DNA of 60,516 nucleotides from Gemmatimonadota bacterium. GTDB lineage: Bacteria > Gemmatimonadota > Gemmatimonadetes > Gemmatimonadales > GWC2-71-9. Within the stretch, counting starts at the first letter, position 1; each line of letters begins with the position of its first letter. The stretch covers positions 1-60,516 of the forward strand of contig JBGPPG010000005.1 of the NCBI GenBank assembly GCA_041488455.1, in the 5' to 3' direction. A program made the translations under genes and the position numbers. The notes under the pieces are model-generated. The model ran no database searches. It had not been told where the DNA came from and saw nothing but the letters and a program-made list of their open reading frames with translations. Shown here one piece after another: positions 60,457 through 60,516 of the stretch.

Positions 60457-60516
60457 TTGATCCTCGGCGCTCCACGGTTGGCGTCTCATCGTCGCGGCGT
60501 GCAGCCGCCTCACGAA

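Noticed and set aside
1-60516. Search for tRNA, rRNA, CRISPR arrays, transposases, integrases, phage genes or known defence-system proteins
   Set aside because: No gap is long enough, or shows cloverleaf-like or direct-repeat/spacer structure. No translated ORF shows DDE/tyrosine/serine recombinase, Cas, restriction-modification, toxin-antitoxin or nuclease/helicase/ATPase signatures that I can recognise.

Overview
This is a 60.5 kb window of very GC-rich bacterial DNA, so every real gene is shadowed by long Arg/Pro/Gly-rich ORFs in other frames. I picked genes by reading the translations (recognisable motifs, signal peptides, TM helices), third-position GC, Shine-Dalgarno sequences and 4-nt start/stop overlaps. 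Every family name is recognition by eye from memory; no search was run, and DUF numbers are the least certain part. I support about 105 protein-coding genes or gene remnants, all but 8 on the minus strand, many translationally coupled by ATGA/GTGA overlaps. I saw no rRNA, tRNA, CRISPR array, transposase or integrase. The content is typical of an accessory stress and small-molecule-handling region:
- 6 VOC/glyoxalase, 5 cupin, 4 GNAT, 3 SRPBCC, 3 SDR and 3 YciI/DGPF genes
- 2 each of GyrI-like, NTF2/SnoaL-like and gamma-glutamylcyclotransferase-like genes
- many small secreted, lipoprotein or membrane proteins
- housekeeping-type genes: glutamate dehydrogenase, beta-carbonic anhydrase, cysteine-synthase-like, an APC permease and a PQQ beta-propeller dehydrogenase

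Most notable observations:
1. An ECF42-type sigma factor sits upstream of a BNR propeller + MoaD/ThiS-like GG protein pair and three DGPF/YciI paralogs. Two identically built ECF-type promoter candidates (TGTCGATTT-N14-CGAC) lie in this module.
2. A modular intercistronic repeat family (exact 13-mer AATTCTACGCTCC on the + strand, plus a hairpin and a CCGCCACCGG module) is concentrated at 49.7-59.9 kb. It is associated with a duplicated and truncated gene end.
3. Three plus-strand HTH regulator genes (ArsR, an ArsR-SRPBCC fusion, MarR-GNAT) have sigma70-like promoters placed so the transcript would be leaderless. Each has a palindromic operator.
4. A 611-aa fusion joins an HTTM (gamma-carboxylase-like) membrane domain to a DCC-type CxxC thiol-disulfide oxidoreductase.
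5. There are unusually many apparent frameshifts, internal deletions and gene fragments.
6. One conserved-looking small ORF, 37326..37487 (53 aa), is below the ORF-track cutoff; weaker sub-cutoff candidates lie at 51391..51513 (40 aa) and 54656..54739.
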